A stretch of 64,000 nucleotides of DNA, taken from Phyllosticta citribraziliensis (taxonomy: Eukaryota). Each line of letters opens with the position of its first letter. The first letter of the stretch is position 1. A model generated the notes under the pieces. The model made no database searches and was not told the origin of the DNA. It worked only from the letters and a program-made list of their open reading frames with translations. Below are positions 21,916 to 34,049 of the stretch, piece after piece. The position numbers were made by a program, and so were the translations under genes. The DNA lies in assembly GCF_038025025.1 (NCBI RefSeq), contig NW_027117342.1, forward strand, positions 682,001 through 746,000, in the 5' to 3' direction.

Positions 21916-24900
21916 ATGTCTTTGCCATCTACTCCCGCGAAGACCCCCCGCACTAAAACGAGTTCGCCTGCTGGGTCGAATGCAACTCTCACGCCATCTT
22001 CGGCATCCAAGAGGAGATCACTTGCCGAATCACCTACTGATAGGCGCAATCGTGTCAGCAAGGCTTTGAAGACGAACCCTGATGGTGCATCCGTGCTTGA
22101 CATTGCGAGTATCGGGGACAGCTACCATCGGACGGCTGGCTACCTCAATCTTGGTGTTCAAGAGCTTCAGAAGATCATTCGTCCCGCCAAAAATCAGGGC
22201 AGCGATGGAGCTTCGATACCCAAGGATGTTTCAGGCTGGATCGCCAATTTCATCAGCGTTCGTGATGTTCTACGGACCCCACAATCTGACAAGGGTTTCA
22301 GCATCCAGATGACGGCCATCAAGTGGTTTCTCGATAAAGAAGAATTCGGCAATGTCCTTGGGCCCCTTTTCAATGACGAAACTACACAGCTCCCCTTGCC
22401 CAAGGATCCCCCGGCGTATCTGCCTTTGGACAAGGCATCGATGTACTTCAAGGTTGAGACGGGTCAAGACCGAGCGCGAAAGTCCCATATCCGGTGGGCG
22501 CATCTCAACGTTCTCTTCGTTGTGTACCGGATACTGCGCCTGCTTCCTTCTGGCTGTGTAACAGGAGCCCCTTCGCCAGATTTCGAGAATGCAAGAAAGA
22601 CTCTCAGTTTTCATCCAGAAGACTGGACAAGAAGTCTTTGCCTGCTCAAGTATGCCAGCACAGACTTGAAGGGCAAGAAAGTTTCCCACAGGGGTCAGCC
22701 TACAGCCCCCGAATTCTTCACTCTCGAAGAGAAGATAGGCAGCACCTCCACTTCTTTCACAGCGCGTCGCTCAGAGGTCGAGCGGCCGTTCCAGTTTGAA
22801 CCATTCGACGACTGGATGAGGGACATGCTCAAAGCATCTACTCAAGTCCGCACAACTGAGGAGAAGGAGAAGGTCCAGGAAAGGGCTGTCAAGGCCATGC
22901 ACACTGCGATGAAATCAAGGGACTCCAGCATCCAAGTTTCACAAGGCCAACAGAAGAGTTTCCTCTTGGCACTTTACGAGAAGTATGGCCGTGAAGGAAT
23001 CCGATTTCCGGAGCAAAGACAAGGAGAGGGACCACTGGCCTTTTTCAATCGTTCAGAAGCGCAGAATGATGCTGAAGCTACCAGGAGCTTTTATGAGTTG
23101 CAGTCGGCTCTGAACAAGACGACAGCACAATCTCGCACTATTGAAGAGGCCTGCACGGCACTGGGATTTCCCTCCGACCCCACCCGTTGGTGTCTCAGAA
23201 ACAGTACACGAACCCTCAAGCCGCACCAAGTGCTGTCTCTGGATTGGGCATTGCAAATGATCACTACGCTTGGCTTCGCGTACCTCAGTAGTGATGTCGG
23301 AATGGGCAAGACAGCAGTGGCAGCTGCCCTCATTCTGAAGCTGCTGGAAGAAAGAAAGGCAGAGCAAGTCGGTCAGGCTTCTGGCTCCAGTGGCTTTCGC
23401 CCGACGTACAAGCCAACACTCATCTTGATCCCTCGCGATGCCATGTTGTCCTTGTGTGATGATCTCAAGGCTTTCCCAGACATCACGGCCTACCAATGGT
23501 ATGGACCGCCTGGAAACTCCATCTTCAATCGCGCCATTGGTACCTCGATTGAGGACTTGATCGAGAAGCTGGACAGCTTCGACCAGAATGATCCACTTAC
23601 AGCGCACCAGGTGGTGGTAACCACCTACGCCAAGTATCGGGCAATGGCGACACACTTGGACGACCATGGACTTCACAACACCAAGGGCAAGGGCAAGGCT
23701 GCCCATGTGCAAAACGATGCGGAAGAGCTCGATGAACAAGATGAAGAAGAAGAAGAGGATGAAGCTGGGGAGGAGGGGAACAACAAGCAGTATGGTGGTA
23801 AATATGAACACCTGGTGTGCTATGTCGAGGGACGTTTCGGTCTCGTTATTCTCGACCAAGCGCACAAGGCCAAGAATCCCCTGACTCGGACCCATGTGTC
23901 CATCAGCAGAACTCGTCCTGAGCAGCTGCTGGGCCTTACATCGACGCCAATCATGCAGTCGCCAGCGGACCTTCTCGGATACATCAAGCTTGCTTGGGAA
24001 GTAGCCAAGTCCCGAGACCTTGTCGGTGAAACCAACTTTCATCCAAGCCGAAACGCCTACGACCCGTTGGCTGAACAGCTCACTGATGCATCGGTCGTTG
24101 ACTTGCCTGCTTTGCTCCCGCTTCTCAATCCAGCGTCTTTCAAAACTCACCTCGGGTACTCAACATCGCACAGGAATCTGATCTCCTCGGTTGAGCACGC
24201 GCAGCAAATTGTGAAGCCAATCTTGCGCTTCTGCTTCCTCCGTTTCTACAAGGGACAGGACCTGAGTTCATTTGGACTCAACGAGGTTGCCGGTGGAGAA
24301 ATTCCTCGATACAAGCCCCTCGTGATGGAGCTGCAATATGACAAATATCAACAGCAGAAGCATGACAAGACATTCAGGGCCCTTATCCAAGACCGGGTCA
24401 TCGGCTCGAATGATCCTTTCCATGACGGCTGGAATGATCATGGTCACGTCCATCCCGCGGCGCACAAAGAGTTGGTGCAATTGGCGTCGAACTACTACCA
24501 CGGGAGAATTTGGAAAAAGATGGGCAGCATCAAAGCCGATGACATCCATGAGCTGAAGGCAAGATCGGACAGTGGATTCAAATTCCTCTTCTTTGCAATC
24601 ATTGGGAGATTTGTCGTCTACAAGACAGCACTTGAAAGGGTGGAGTGGATTGCCAGCTTGCATCCCAAGTGGGGTGTTCTCGCAGGAATATTGCAAGAGG
24701 TACGTTCTTTGCTACTGAGTCCATTCGGGCTCGCCGATTGCAGTCTGTAGCAACAGTCTACTGACAATAATTCAGGTCCTCTACAAACAGAAGAGCAAGG
24801 TGCTGGTCTTCGTTTCCTCGCCATTTACGCATCAAATTCTGGATACCTTTTTGCTGCACCTTGGAATCCAGTACGCCTCAATCAACTCGTCTGTCAGCAT

Positions 24901-25804
24901 GGATGACCGAGACAAGGCCTACGAAACATTCAACGACCCAGAGGACTTAACATGCGTCATGACCGTCAACACCAACCTCGGCTGCTCGTCTTTCCAGGCG
25001 CAACGGGCGTGTCATATCACGGTTCTTCTGGACTTTCCCGCCTTTCCCTCGCCTCGCCTCTTTGATCAGCTGATCGGACGAACTTGGCGCATGGGCCAGG
25101 AGCACTCGCCTTTGTTCATCACGATGACCACGATTGCCACCTACGACCACATTCTGCAAGGAATCTTTGCGCACAAGGCAATCTTGCAGACTGCAGTTCT
25201 GGCAGACATCCCAACAAAGCGCCAGCCAGCGGTTGAAAACGCCAACGACGATCAAAACCAGGACGAAGCGGCCCAAGATCAGGCGACTGGCAATGCCAAT
25301 GCAGAGGAGCAGCAAGAGGAGCGGGTGCAAGGAGAAGCAGATGCAGACGAAGCTGCAGATGAAGCTGCGGACGGAGCGACAGATGAGTTTGCAGATGACG
25401 CTGTGCGCAAAGAGCTTGACTCATTCATCGAAAGGACGACCGAACTCTACATGGAAGCCGTTGGCTTATCTTCGTCGCGCCTGGGCTGGGACAGGGCGAG
25501 TTGCGAACAGGTCCAGCAGCTTGGACCGTGTGCCGATGCCACTCGCGCTTATTCGGTCCTCCCCCCCGAGCTGGGAGGAAGAGCCGGTCCGCGGATAGGC
25601 CAACCGGTAGTTCTAGACGTTGACGAGGACAGTGATTTGTCCAATGACGAGCAGCAGGATATTGTCGAGGGGCCGGGTGAGTGTTCTTCTTCAGGAAGGG
25701 CGACTGGAGGGGCGACAAGTCAGGGAAAACGGGCAGCAAGCCGCGAGCCCGAGAATCCGGCGAAGAGGCAGGCGATGGAGGGGGAAGCTTCTTCGAGCAA
25801 ATGA
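21916..25804 (+). CDS. SNF2-family (SF2) ATPase/helicase-like protein, ~1270 aa, two exons (intron 24700-24775)
   Basis: Motifs LKPHQ, SDVGMGKT (I), ILDQAH (II), LTSTP (III) and QLIGRTWRMGQ (VI). A phase-0 GTACGT...CTGAC...TTCAG intron joins ORFs 21916 and 24800 in frame (ILQE|VLYKQKSKVLVF). Confidence 0.88.
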
Positions 25805-26358
25805 GCAAGCGACATGGGAACGAGTTGCTTTGAGCGAGGAGGAGCATAAGGGATGCGAGTGAAAGTGGGTTCTTAAAAGTTGATTTGCATTTTCGGGTTT
25901 TGATTCTGGTTTCTGCACATGGCTGCAGTCTTGGTTGGACTGAAGGTCATCAAAGGTTGGATATTTGGAAGGAGGGTTGATTTTGTCCCTAGCAGGCACA
26001 CTGGAGGCTCATTTGGTTGGCAGGTCGTCAAAACTTGCTGGCATTTAATTTGAGGGTTGAGATCATCTTCTGCTTTCTTCGAGTCAATCTGAATTGCTCT
26101 GAGTCCGGTGACTTTCCCAGAGAATCCCGCAGAAACATGTCAGGAATCTATCAGACCTTTGAAACCCTACCACGGTACTGATCGGACCTCTCTCTGGGAA
26201 AATCAGAAACACGCAGACTCTGACTTCTTATCACTTAGAAACAACGCCTACCGGTACGTCCGTCACTTTTCACGCAACAGACAGCAACCCTCCATCCTCC
26301 ACCTCCAGCCTCTCTCTTGCATTCAAACGTTTTTACCAAGGAAAACGACAATCATGTC

Positions 26359-27420
26359 ATGTCAGCCAACAATCCATCCAATCGTCCGTCACGCGGCAAA
26401 CAAAACCTGGGCCTGGCGGCTACTGAGCACATGGTGTTTAAGGCAAGATCATCGAGCATCCAGCAACGAATTGAAGCGACTAACAATGTACAGAGTGCCG
26501 AAAAGCATATCGAGCTGACAGAGTTGGCCGACAAGGCTCACAAAGAGCACAACATCCCGTGGGCGCCCAACTGCGTCGACTCCCGCCGCAACTTTCGGCC
26601 GACTGCCAAGCAGATTGAGGTTGCAGAAAAGGTATGAGCACTCCTACTTTGGCCGAAGTGCAATTTACTTACCGAGAGCAGTTTCGGCAGGAGTTCCAGA
26701 GACTTGCGCATGAAATCAAGCGTGTTATCCAAGTCTTCGGCGTCCCAACACCTATCATTTTGAGAGATTCACCAACCCGTAGCACCGATGAGTACTTGAG
26801 CCCGGAATGGACTATACGTGCGACTCTAGTAAGATCTTGCCTGCCATGGAACTAAACTTCACTGACGACACGCAGTTGGGAAAGACGGTAGCCGCCACTG
26901 CACAACACTGGGCGCATATGATGCTTGGCAACGGCCAAGCAGACATAGGTGCAGAGGTTGAAGTCAGCGCCGACGCGGTCGTCCACTTGGTACCAACCTC
27001 ATCTTCCCCTGTCACATGCACAGAACTCACAAGTCAATAGATTCTCGAAAATACATTCGACCACGAAAAGCTCCTCGCTCTCTCTGATCAATCCCTTGCG
27101 GAGATCAGCAAGGAGGTAGGTGATACTGCGATCGACGCATGAGTCTCGCTTACGAGTATTCAGGCCAAGAAGACTGTCTGTCAATCGATCCACGGCAAGG
27201 CCAACAAATCTCCGCACCTGTCTCTTCCGGAAATTTACAGGAAAGTTAGCGAGATGCGGGTTGTCGTCCCTGCCACTGTCGAGGGCAAGCTTGTCCCAAA
27301 GACCATCGCAGACTTTCACGATTGAAACCACGTTACAGGCGAACAAGTGGGTACACAAACGGATGGGTACACATAAGACGGAGCGGCGGAGCTGGATTTG
27401 ACAAGATAGGAGCAAATTGG
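26359..27420 (+). pseudogene. Degraded hypothetical gene
   Basis: MSANNPSN... exon, then a GTATGA...CAG intron at 26632-26681 in frame. A frameshift near 26810 follows, then several in-frame TAG/TGA stops in otherwise coding-like sequence. Confidence 0.5.
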
Positions 27421-27854
27421 GAGTTCATGGAATGGAGTTGATACAAATCCGACTATTTGGGACCCACAAACTCAAGCGGCAGTGATGGGTGGCCTGCAAA
27501 TGTTGAATTCGAATCTGGAAGGGAGGCTTGGGACGTGGTATTGGTAGGGCCGAAAGGCGGCAAAACTCTTCGAGAGTAGGTAGCGGAAGGCCACTCAAAA
27601 AAAAGGGGAACAAATAAAGAGCTTCAATGCGCGTCACCCAGCGGACGACTGCTGAGAAACATTCAAGCGCTCCTACAGTAGAGTGCACAAAACCCTCTTG
27701 AATCTGACAAGCATCTGCAGGCTGGTGGTATCAAAGAGCATAGAGCAATCGAATTCGAGCCTTCGGGTGTCCACTTCGACGGTAAGTTAACGGGAAGCTT
27801 TTGTGCAACAAGACGCAATTGTATTCTGGAGTATCTGAGGGGGGGGGTGTGCGG

Positions 27855-29629
27855 TCACGAGGAGCATTCAGGTGCAAACACCAGTGGAGCTTCCTTCGCC
27901 GCGGTCGTCCAACTTCTCGTCTGCGGCGGCCTTTGCTGAGGGTTTTTCTTCCGACGCGTGTCCAGCCCAACATCAACGTTGCCAAGTTCCAGCTCAATCC
28001 AAAGGTGACGATCACTGCGGAAGCCGAAAGCCTGGGCGGACGTCTTAGTGGCATCTTTGATCAGTCTTGCGCTCTTGGCGTCTTTCTCTGCACCTGGATC
28101 CATCCCGTCTTCCGGCTCGTCGAGGTCCTCATCATCGTCGAGGTCCAAGTTGGCAAGAATGGAGTTTTGAATAATTGTCTTGCGCGCGAACCTTCCTTGC
28201 AGGACTTGGTCGTACGTGTCAATCGTTGTTAGAATGAGGAACAATGGCGTCTTCCTCTGGCCGATGCGCCAGGTACGACCGATCAGCTGGTCAAGAAGCC
28301 GCGGCGATGGGAACGCAGGGAACTTCAGCAGGATTAAAGTCCAGCAGCGCCTTTGAGCATTGAAACCCGAGCTGTCCAAATTTACATTGATTGATGATGC
28401 CAACCTTGTCACCCGGATTGTTGAAGCGTTGGTAGAACTGAGTCCGTTGGTCCGATGAGACGGAGGAGTTAACCGAGTAATGATTGATGCCAAGGTTTGC
28501 AAGAAACATATCAAGAATTTAATGTGTCAGAGGGTTGCTGACGAAGACCAAAAGCTTGGACTTCTCAATCAACAAAACCTAGAAATGTTAGCCAAATCAA
28601 TGAGGTTTTCATGTGGACCTCCTTGCATACCTGGTTCAGTACGCCTGCCAGGGAGCCCCATTTGGGGTGCAGCGTGGCGATGTATATTGCACGATCCTCT
28701 GGATCCGTATAGAGCGGAAGGTTCGCTTCTTCGATGGTCTTTCTGAAAATGAAAGAAAATCCAGCGTCTGGCTTTGCCTTCAGTGCGTGGAACTGGTTGA
28801 CCTTCATGGAACCATAGCGTTTCACCAAGATTCCCGCCTTGACGTTAGAGTTGAGCTGGACGAGCTGGGAGTGCACGCCGTTGTCGATCGTACCGTGACT
28901 ACCACCATCACCCGTGTCATCGCTGCTGGTGCCACCATTTTTGAGGCGAGGAATCAGAGACTCGTACGCTTCGTCGTGGGATTTGTATTGGTGACGGTAA
29001 AGTCGAAGCTCGACGACGAGAGACTTGGAGATCGAACTTCGTTGGCCACGGTGTGTTCAATTCCGAAACAGCCCAGGTTTTGTCCCTTGTGGAAACGCAG
29101 CACGAGCATCTTGAGGACGGGAAGAACCACCATCTTTGCGTTCTTGGCCACAGAACCCAAGTCCGCGCGGCTTGACAGGGCTGCCAAGCATTTGGCGAAG
29201 TTCTGGGGGTGCAGAATCGAGAGAATTTCGGCTGGAGGAAAGGCGATCCAGACCGTTCAAGTCCTTCACTGCATTCGAGCGCATGCTCGTAAGTTTCGAC
29301 ATCGGCTCCAACATCGGATTCGTTGACCAATTGTCTGTTTTGGATCATGGACCAAGCCAGCGCGACGAATCCGTGCAAGTCGAACGGGGATGTGTACATG
29401 GGGGTTGCACTCGGAGTGAGTACATGGGAGGCCTGCATCCTCATAATGGCGCCATGCGTGAAGATCTTAACGGTCTTGACCTTGTTGGACTCGTCGAGAA
29501 TGACAAGACCGAGCAAATCTTCGACGTGGCTGATGTGACTGCCGGGCTGTTTTGGGGCCAAGGAGACTTTCCATCCCTTATCCTGTATTTCCTCGTCCCC
29601 CTCCGCTTCCGGGCCCCCATCCTCCAGCA
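27855..29629 (-). pseudogene. SNF2-family ATPase pseudogene (C-terminal half), paralogue of 21916-25804
   Basis: LVILDESNK, LTPSATP, LHPKWGSLAGVL and FPAFPSPRLLDQLIGRTWRIGQ align with the intact copy. Same intron position (LNQ|VLLIEKSK). Premature TAA at 28519-28521 where the intact copy has Gln, plus several frameshifts. Confidence 0.85.
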
Positions 29630-29768
29630 CAGTGGGTGTTGAAACAAATGAGACCTCCTAGCAATGATATTGCGCTTGGGGAGCATTCATTTGCTGTCGT
29701 GGTTGCACATAGGGAGCAGTCGTTTGTTGTCGTGGTTGCGCGTAGGGAGTAGTCCTTTGTTGCTGCAC
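29630..29768. mobile_element. Truncated copy of the 17201 MITE family
   Basis: Starts CAGTGGGTGTTGAAACAAATGAGACCTCCTAGCAA, matching the left terminus at 17201. Three 33-bp GGGAG(C/T)A units follow. No right TIR. Confidence 0.7.
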
Positions 29769-30170
29769 TTGTCACCGACGGGAGAAGGTCGTTCCTCGGA
29801 CGATTTGTACGCGCGGATCAGCTCGCGCTCGATGGCGTACAGTTATTCAGCCATTCTCTCATCCATAGGGTTGGCAGTGCGCTGGGCTCTGGGATTGTCC
29901 CAGGAGCTCTCTGTGTCGTGCCTGATACTAGATTCCGTATCCCTCGAATGAAGGCGGACGAAAACGACTTGTTCGTCAGTGTGAAGCTCCTGTGCAGTCT
30001 CATTTGCCTTGAGCTCGACCCTTCTAGCCAGTGGTAGCGGAAACGATCAGCACGCCCGTCTTGTGGTGCTCTTCCTCGAAATACACCAGCGGCATGACCA
30101 CAGCGCAGGAAACCTCGGTCTTGCCAGTACTGGGTGGGCATTGGATCATAGCCATACCGTATGGCATGGC
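29769..30170 (-). pseudogene. SF1 (Upf1-like) helicase fragment
   Basis: MPYGMAMIQCPPSTGKT...PLVY...VLIVSAT, then after a frameshift VVFVRLHSRDTESSI...LIRAYKSSEERPSPVGDK. These match GIGIVQGPPGTGKT...VVVRVHARHTESSI...LTGVYRRAIHKPFGVGDK of 34050-37085. Confidence 0.8.
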
Positions 30171-30175
30171 TCACA

Positions 30176-31863
30176 CTAGAGACAGAGAATTGAGGGCGCC
30201 GCAAAGTCCTGAAACTCGGACTTGACGAGGTTGACGAGGCAGGGGTGCCGATTTCCGCACTTGCATCGCGACTTCGATTCGAAACAGATCTTCCGTTCAT
30301 TGTTCTCCACGTTGGACTCCAAGATTAGGTGGGCGGCGTTAACACAGTGGCGGTTGCCACAACGGTGGGAACAGTCCAGTCCGCCCAGCACATATTGATC
30401 GAAGTGATTGTGTGAACTGTCGATTCAACTATCTACTGAGCTGTCCGTTTTATGGAAAACACCAGATGGCTTGCCTAATTCGGCATCGCCGTCTGCAAAC
30501 GGACCTCCGCGATATCGCGGACTAGGCGCGCTGGTTGAGCAGGTTGCCTGATTCGATCCGACACGTATGCCCTCCATTCGTCCCTAATCATGAGACCGCA
30601 GCCAATGGTGACTGCAAGGGCGATGTTGATTGAAAGAGTATCACGGCGGTCACAGGCCTCGCAAAGGCCAGAAGAACAGTCCTTACGTCGAACGCTGGGT
30701 TGGGTTGCCGTCGCGTAGATTCTAGGAGCGACGTGCAGACAACCACCATTGGTTGAGAGGTTGTCTGGGAGTTGGTTGTCTGGGAGTTGGTTGTCTGGGA
30801 ATTTGCCGGGGTTCTCGCTGAAGATCGTTTGGACTTTGCTTGCATTCTACCGATTCAGGTTGGGGACAAAGCGGGACATGATGTTGTAGGCGAAGTCGCT
30901 CATCCCCTTCATCCATTTGTGGTCATCCCAGATAGCGATGGCCTGCCGCATGCACGCCTGTTGCTGGAGGCTGCGCATTGGCCGGTGGTCGTCCGGGATT
31001 TCCGCCAAGTACCCGCGCGAAGTCTGGCGATAGTGTTGGGCTCCTTTGGGGCCACAGTGGTCGATCGCTTGTATCCTTTCATTTTTTCGCCAGACCGAGG
31101 CATCCCTGGACAAGAAGCCGAAGCCGAGCGCGGTGCTAAAGAAATGTAAGCTTCAAGGGTATTGCACGTAGGACTAGGTTCTTACAGTCTGGCGTAGTGC
31201 TCATCATCCACAAATGATGATGCTGGTGACACGGACCGTGAAGATGTCGGGGTTGGAGAGCGACTGCGAGATGGGCTTGACGGCGACCTGCTTCGTGGGC
31301 GGGGTTGGCGACGTCCACGGCGAGGGCTCTCGTTGTCTTCGTCCTGCTGGCCGTCGTCCTGTTGGCCGTCGTCATACTCGTCATCGTCGTTCTGCTCGCC
31401 GTTGTAGACATCGGAGTCCGTGCCGCGTTGGGAGTCTTGGAGCTCAAGCTCCTCGTCAACCGAGGACTCGACACGTAGGCGCTTGCTGCGGCGACGCGAT
31501 GACTCCCTTGACTTTCTGTAAGAGGGATTAGAGTGTGATGGAAATGCGGTGGGGCCTTCACTTACGTAGCAGACGCGGATGCTTGAGCGACGGCTCTGGG
31601 GCGGCGACGCGAGGGCTCTTCCGACTTGCTGTGAGAGGGATTAGAGGGTGTTGAAAACGCGATGAGGCCTCCACTTACATTTCAGACGCGGATGCTTGAG
31701 CGACGTCTTCGGGCTCGCTTTCGTCAAGGTTGATTGCATTGCTTGCCGACGAGCCACTGACATGAAACTTTCTGGCAATGCTGAGCATCGCAAGTTCCTG
31801 GTAGGCGTCAAACTCAGCCTTGGACTTCACGCTTTTGAGCGCGTCAGTGAGTGCTTTGTCCAT
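30176..31863 (-). pseudogene. His-Me finger (zinc-binding loop) endonuclease family gene, disrupted
   Basis: C-terminal DCSHRCGNRHCVNAAHLILESNVENNERKIC...CKC...PCL. The upstream domain aligns with 52382-53440 (NR*NASKVQTIFSENPGKFP; IGCGLMIRDEWRAY). Stop at 30847 where paralogues have Trp, and a ~170-bp insertion at ~30391-30563. Multi-exon 5' part from ATG 31863. Confidence 0.8.
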
Positions 31864-32191
31864 CGTGAGGTGGACCCCGGTGCGAAGCGGGCAAAGTGCA
31901 GGAAATGGTGAGGTCGGAGGGATTGGATGAAATTTGGAGAGAAAAGATGGGCAGAATTGCTGAGGTAGCTCGCCGTCCGATGCAGGCAAAGTCGTGAAAC
32001 GGGCGAAATCAGAGGGAACAGGTGAAGGTGGGAGAGAGAAGAAGAGCAGAATAATGGCTTTCCTGGGGGGCATTGTGGGGCTCAATCGGGGTTAGCGCTG
32101 GGAGGCTTCAGCCAATGGCATGTTGCCCATTCGGCGTGACCTTTGGCAGCTGTCCTTTCCTTTCCACTCCTGGCGCTAAACCCTTGAATTT

Positions 32192-33440
32192 ATGGCGCAC
32201 CTACTGACAAGACCCAGCAGAGACGCACACACCACCGCAGTCAACCTCCAATCCTCTCGACAAGTAAGTTGATTCGTTTTCCTCTTGACGTTCGCATCGA
32301 CTTCACCTTGATACTGACACGCAGTAGTCGATTCCCACCACGGAAGAGCGTTACCTGCAACTGTCCAAGCAAGCGAAGACCGTTGCCGAGGTCGAACGGT
32401 TGGAGAATGCCTGGCTCACCTTCACGGCCCATCGCGCCCGATGTGAAACCAGCGGCACCAACGGCATCAATTCGGAAGAGGATGACGTCGTCAAGGCTGA
32501 AGAGGAGATCAAGGCCGAGCCTGGCACGCCCGAGACTCGCGAGACTCCCAAGATAGACTCGTCTTTGTTCAGGACTGGGGCCAGCGAGGATGACCCCGTA
32601 TGCATCGACTCGGACAACGACGGAGAAACCACTACCCGCCTCGACGAGCCCTCTTCATCGTCAGCCTCTTCTGGGTCTCATTCCTCTCTCTCCAACACCC
32701 TCACCAATGCCGCTACCTTCTCGTCTTCCCGTTCGTTCTCCTCGAAATCCGCTCAACCGGCAACAACTTCATCTGTCGATGCCATGGACGGGCTTCGAAC
32801 AGGAGACGGTCGATTCAAGAAGAGCACCCGCCGCCGTCCCGTCGTGCTTGACACTGATGACGACGAATCAATGACACCTTCCGACAACTCAAGGACCCCG
32901 TAGCCAGCGCGAGACGTTGCCAACAGCCCGACCCCGACGCCAGCGCCAGCGCAAAACGTCACCGGAAGCGGCCGCTCAGCGCCAAACCCCCTCCCAACTC
33001 CAGCCGACCAGTAAGAAAGCATCCAATGTTCTCTGTCGAGTGGATACTGACACTGAACAGAGCGCCGCTGCCGGGTTCGCCTTCATCAACGGCAGAAGGT
33101 TGGGACCGGAAAAGTACAAATGCAGGGTCGAAGGTTTCGCAGCAGAGCATCACATCCACGGCAAGATGGATTGGGGTCTACCAAAGCAGAACCTCGCGCG
33201 CGCTATTTCCCCCCCCCCGGTCCCCCAAGCACAAGCCCGCAAGCAGGAGGGTGGGCAGGTCATGCTTTGCGTTTGCCGTCACCATGTACGACAATCGCGA
33301 GTTTTTGCAGGACCTGCAGCGGTTCGCGCGTCGCTACGTCGTGTGTTGGATTGACCAGTCCCAGCCTTTGAAGCACTGGGACCCCTCATTGGGACAGACC
33401 ATCTTTTCCGAGAACCCTTGGTTGAACCAACCAGGAAATT
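32192..33440 (+). pseudogene. Truncated paralogue of the His-Me endonuclease family (N-terminal domain only)
   Basis: HHIHGKMDWGL...KHKPASRRVGRSC...LKHWDPSLGQTIFSENP aligns with DHPQGTQDFGL...EHKSVRRQTEKAC...LNHWDPTKGQTILSANP. Stop at 32901, frameshift in the C-run near 33210, introns near 32264 and 33012. No nuclease motif downstream. Confidence 0.7.
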
Positions 33441-33599
33441 TAAACCAACCACTAGAAATAGAGCTTTGCACCTTCAACTACCTAAGTAGTAAAATGAAGT
33501 GTCGGCTCAGGATTTGTCCCCTTGTCCATGCCGTGTCGTGTAAATTCCTAATGGCCTCGAGGATAGCATCTAAAGCAGCATTCAAAGCAGGCTTGCGAA

Positions 33600-33850
33600 T
33601 AATCCCTACTCACTGTTTCGAGCGCATGATGGAGGCGCTGATGCGGCGACAGGCGGAACTGTGCTCCTCCGGCGCAACCACCAGGGGCTGGATGGGCGTA
33701 GCGCTGCGGTACGTCTTGTCTATTCCTGGATGGCCTTGAATGATACCGACCGCGGTTGGCAGCGCTCAGTCAGGACATGATCATCGCGGCTTTCTGCTCG
33801 GCGTTGAGCTTGTTCTGAAGGAAGCTCATCGCCTTTGTGGCAGGCTCAGA
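33600..33850 (-). pseudogene. SF1 helicase fragment (Q motif and decayed Walker A)
   Basis: KAMSFLQNKLNAEQKAAMIMS*, a 4-bp CTGA duplication, then ALPTAVGIIQGHPGIDKTY...IQPLV. This matches CAMELVESRLNPGQVAAVTMTRSLPSGIGIVQGPPGTGKTF...VQPLI. Confidence 0.75.
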
Positions 33851-34049
33851 CTGTGACAGACGACTGCTCCCAAGGTGTGAGCGTGGTGTTGAATGGGAAC
33901 CCCTTGGCCTCGTACCTGCTGGTATACGAACGCTCCCGGAACGATGAGGAGCACCCATGCTCAACATCCAATCATCAATGAGTTGCACTTGGAGATTAAG
34001 GTATTCAATTCACTGAGCAGCTTGCTATCTAGCCTCCAAATTCATGCTC

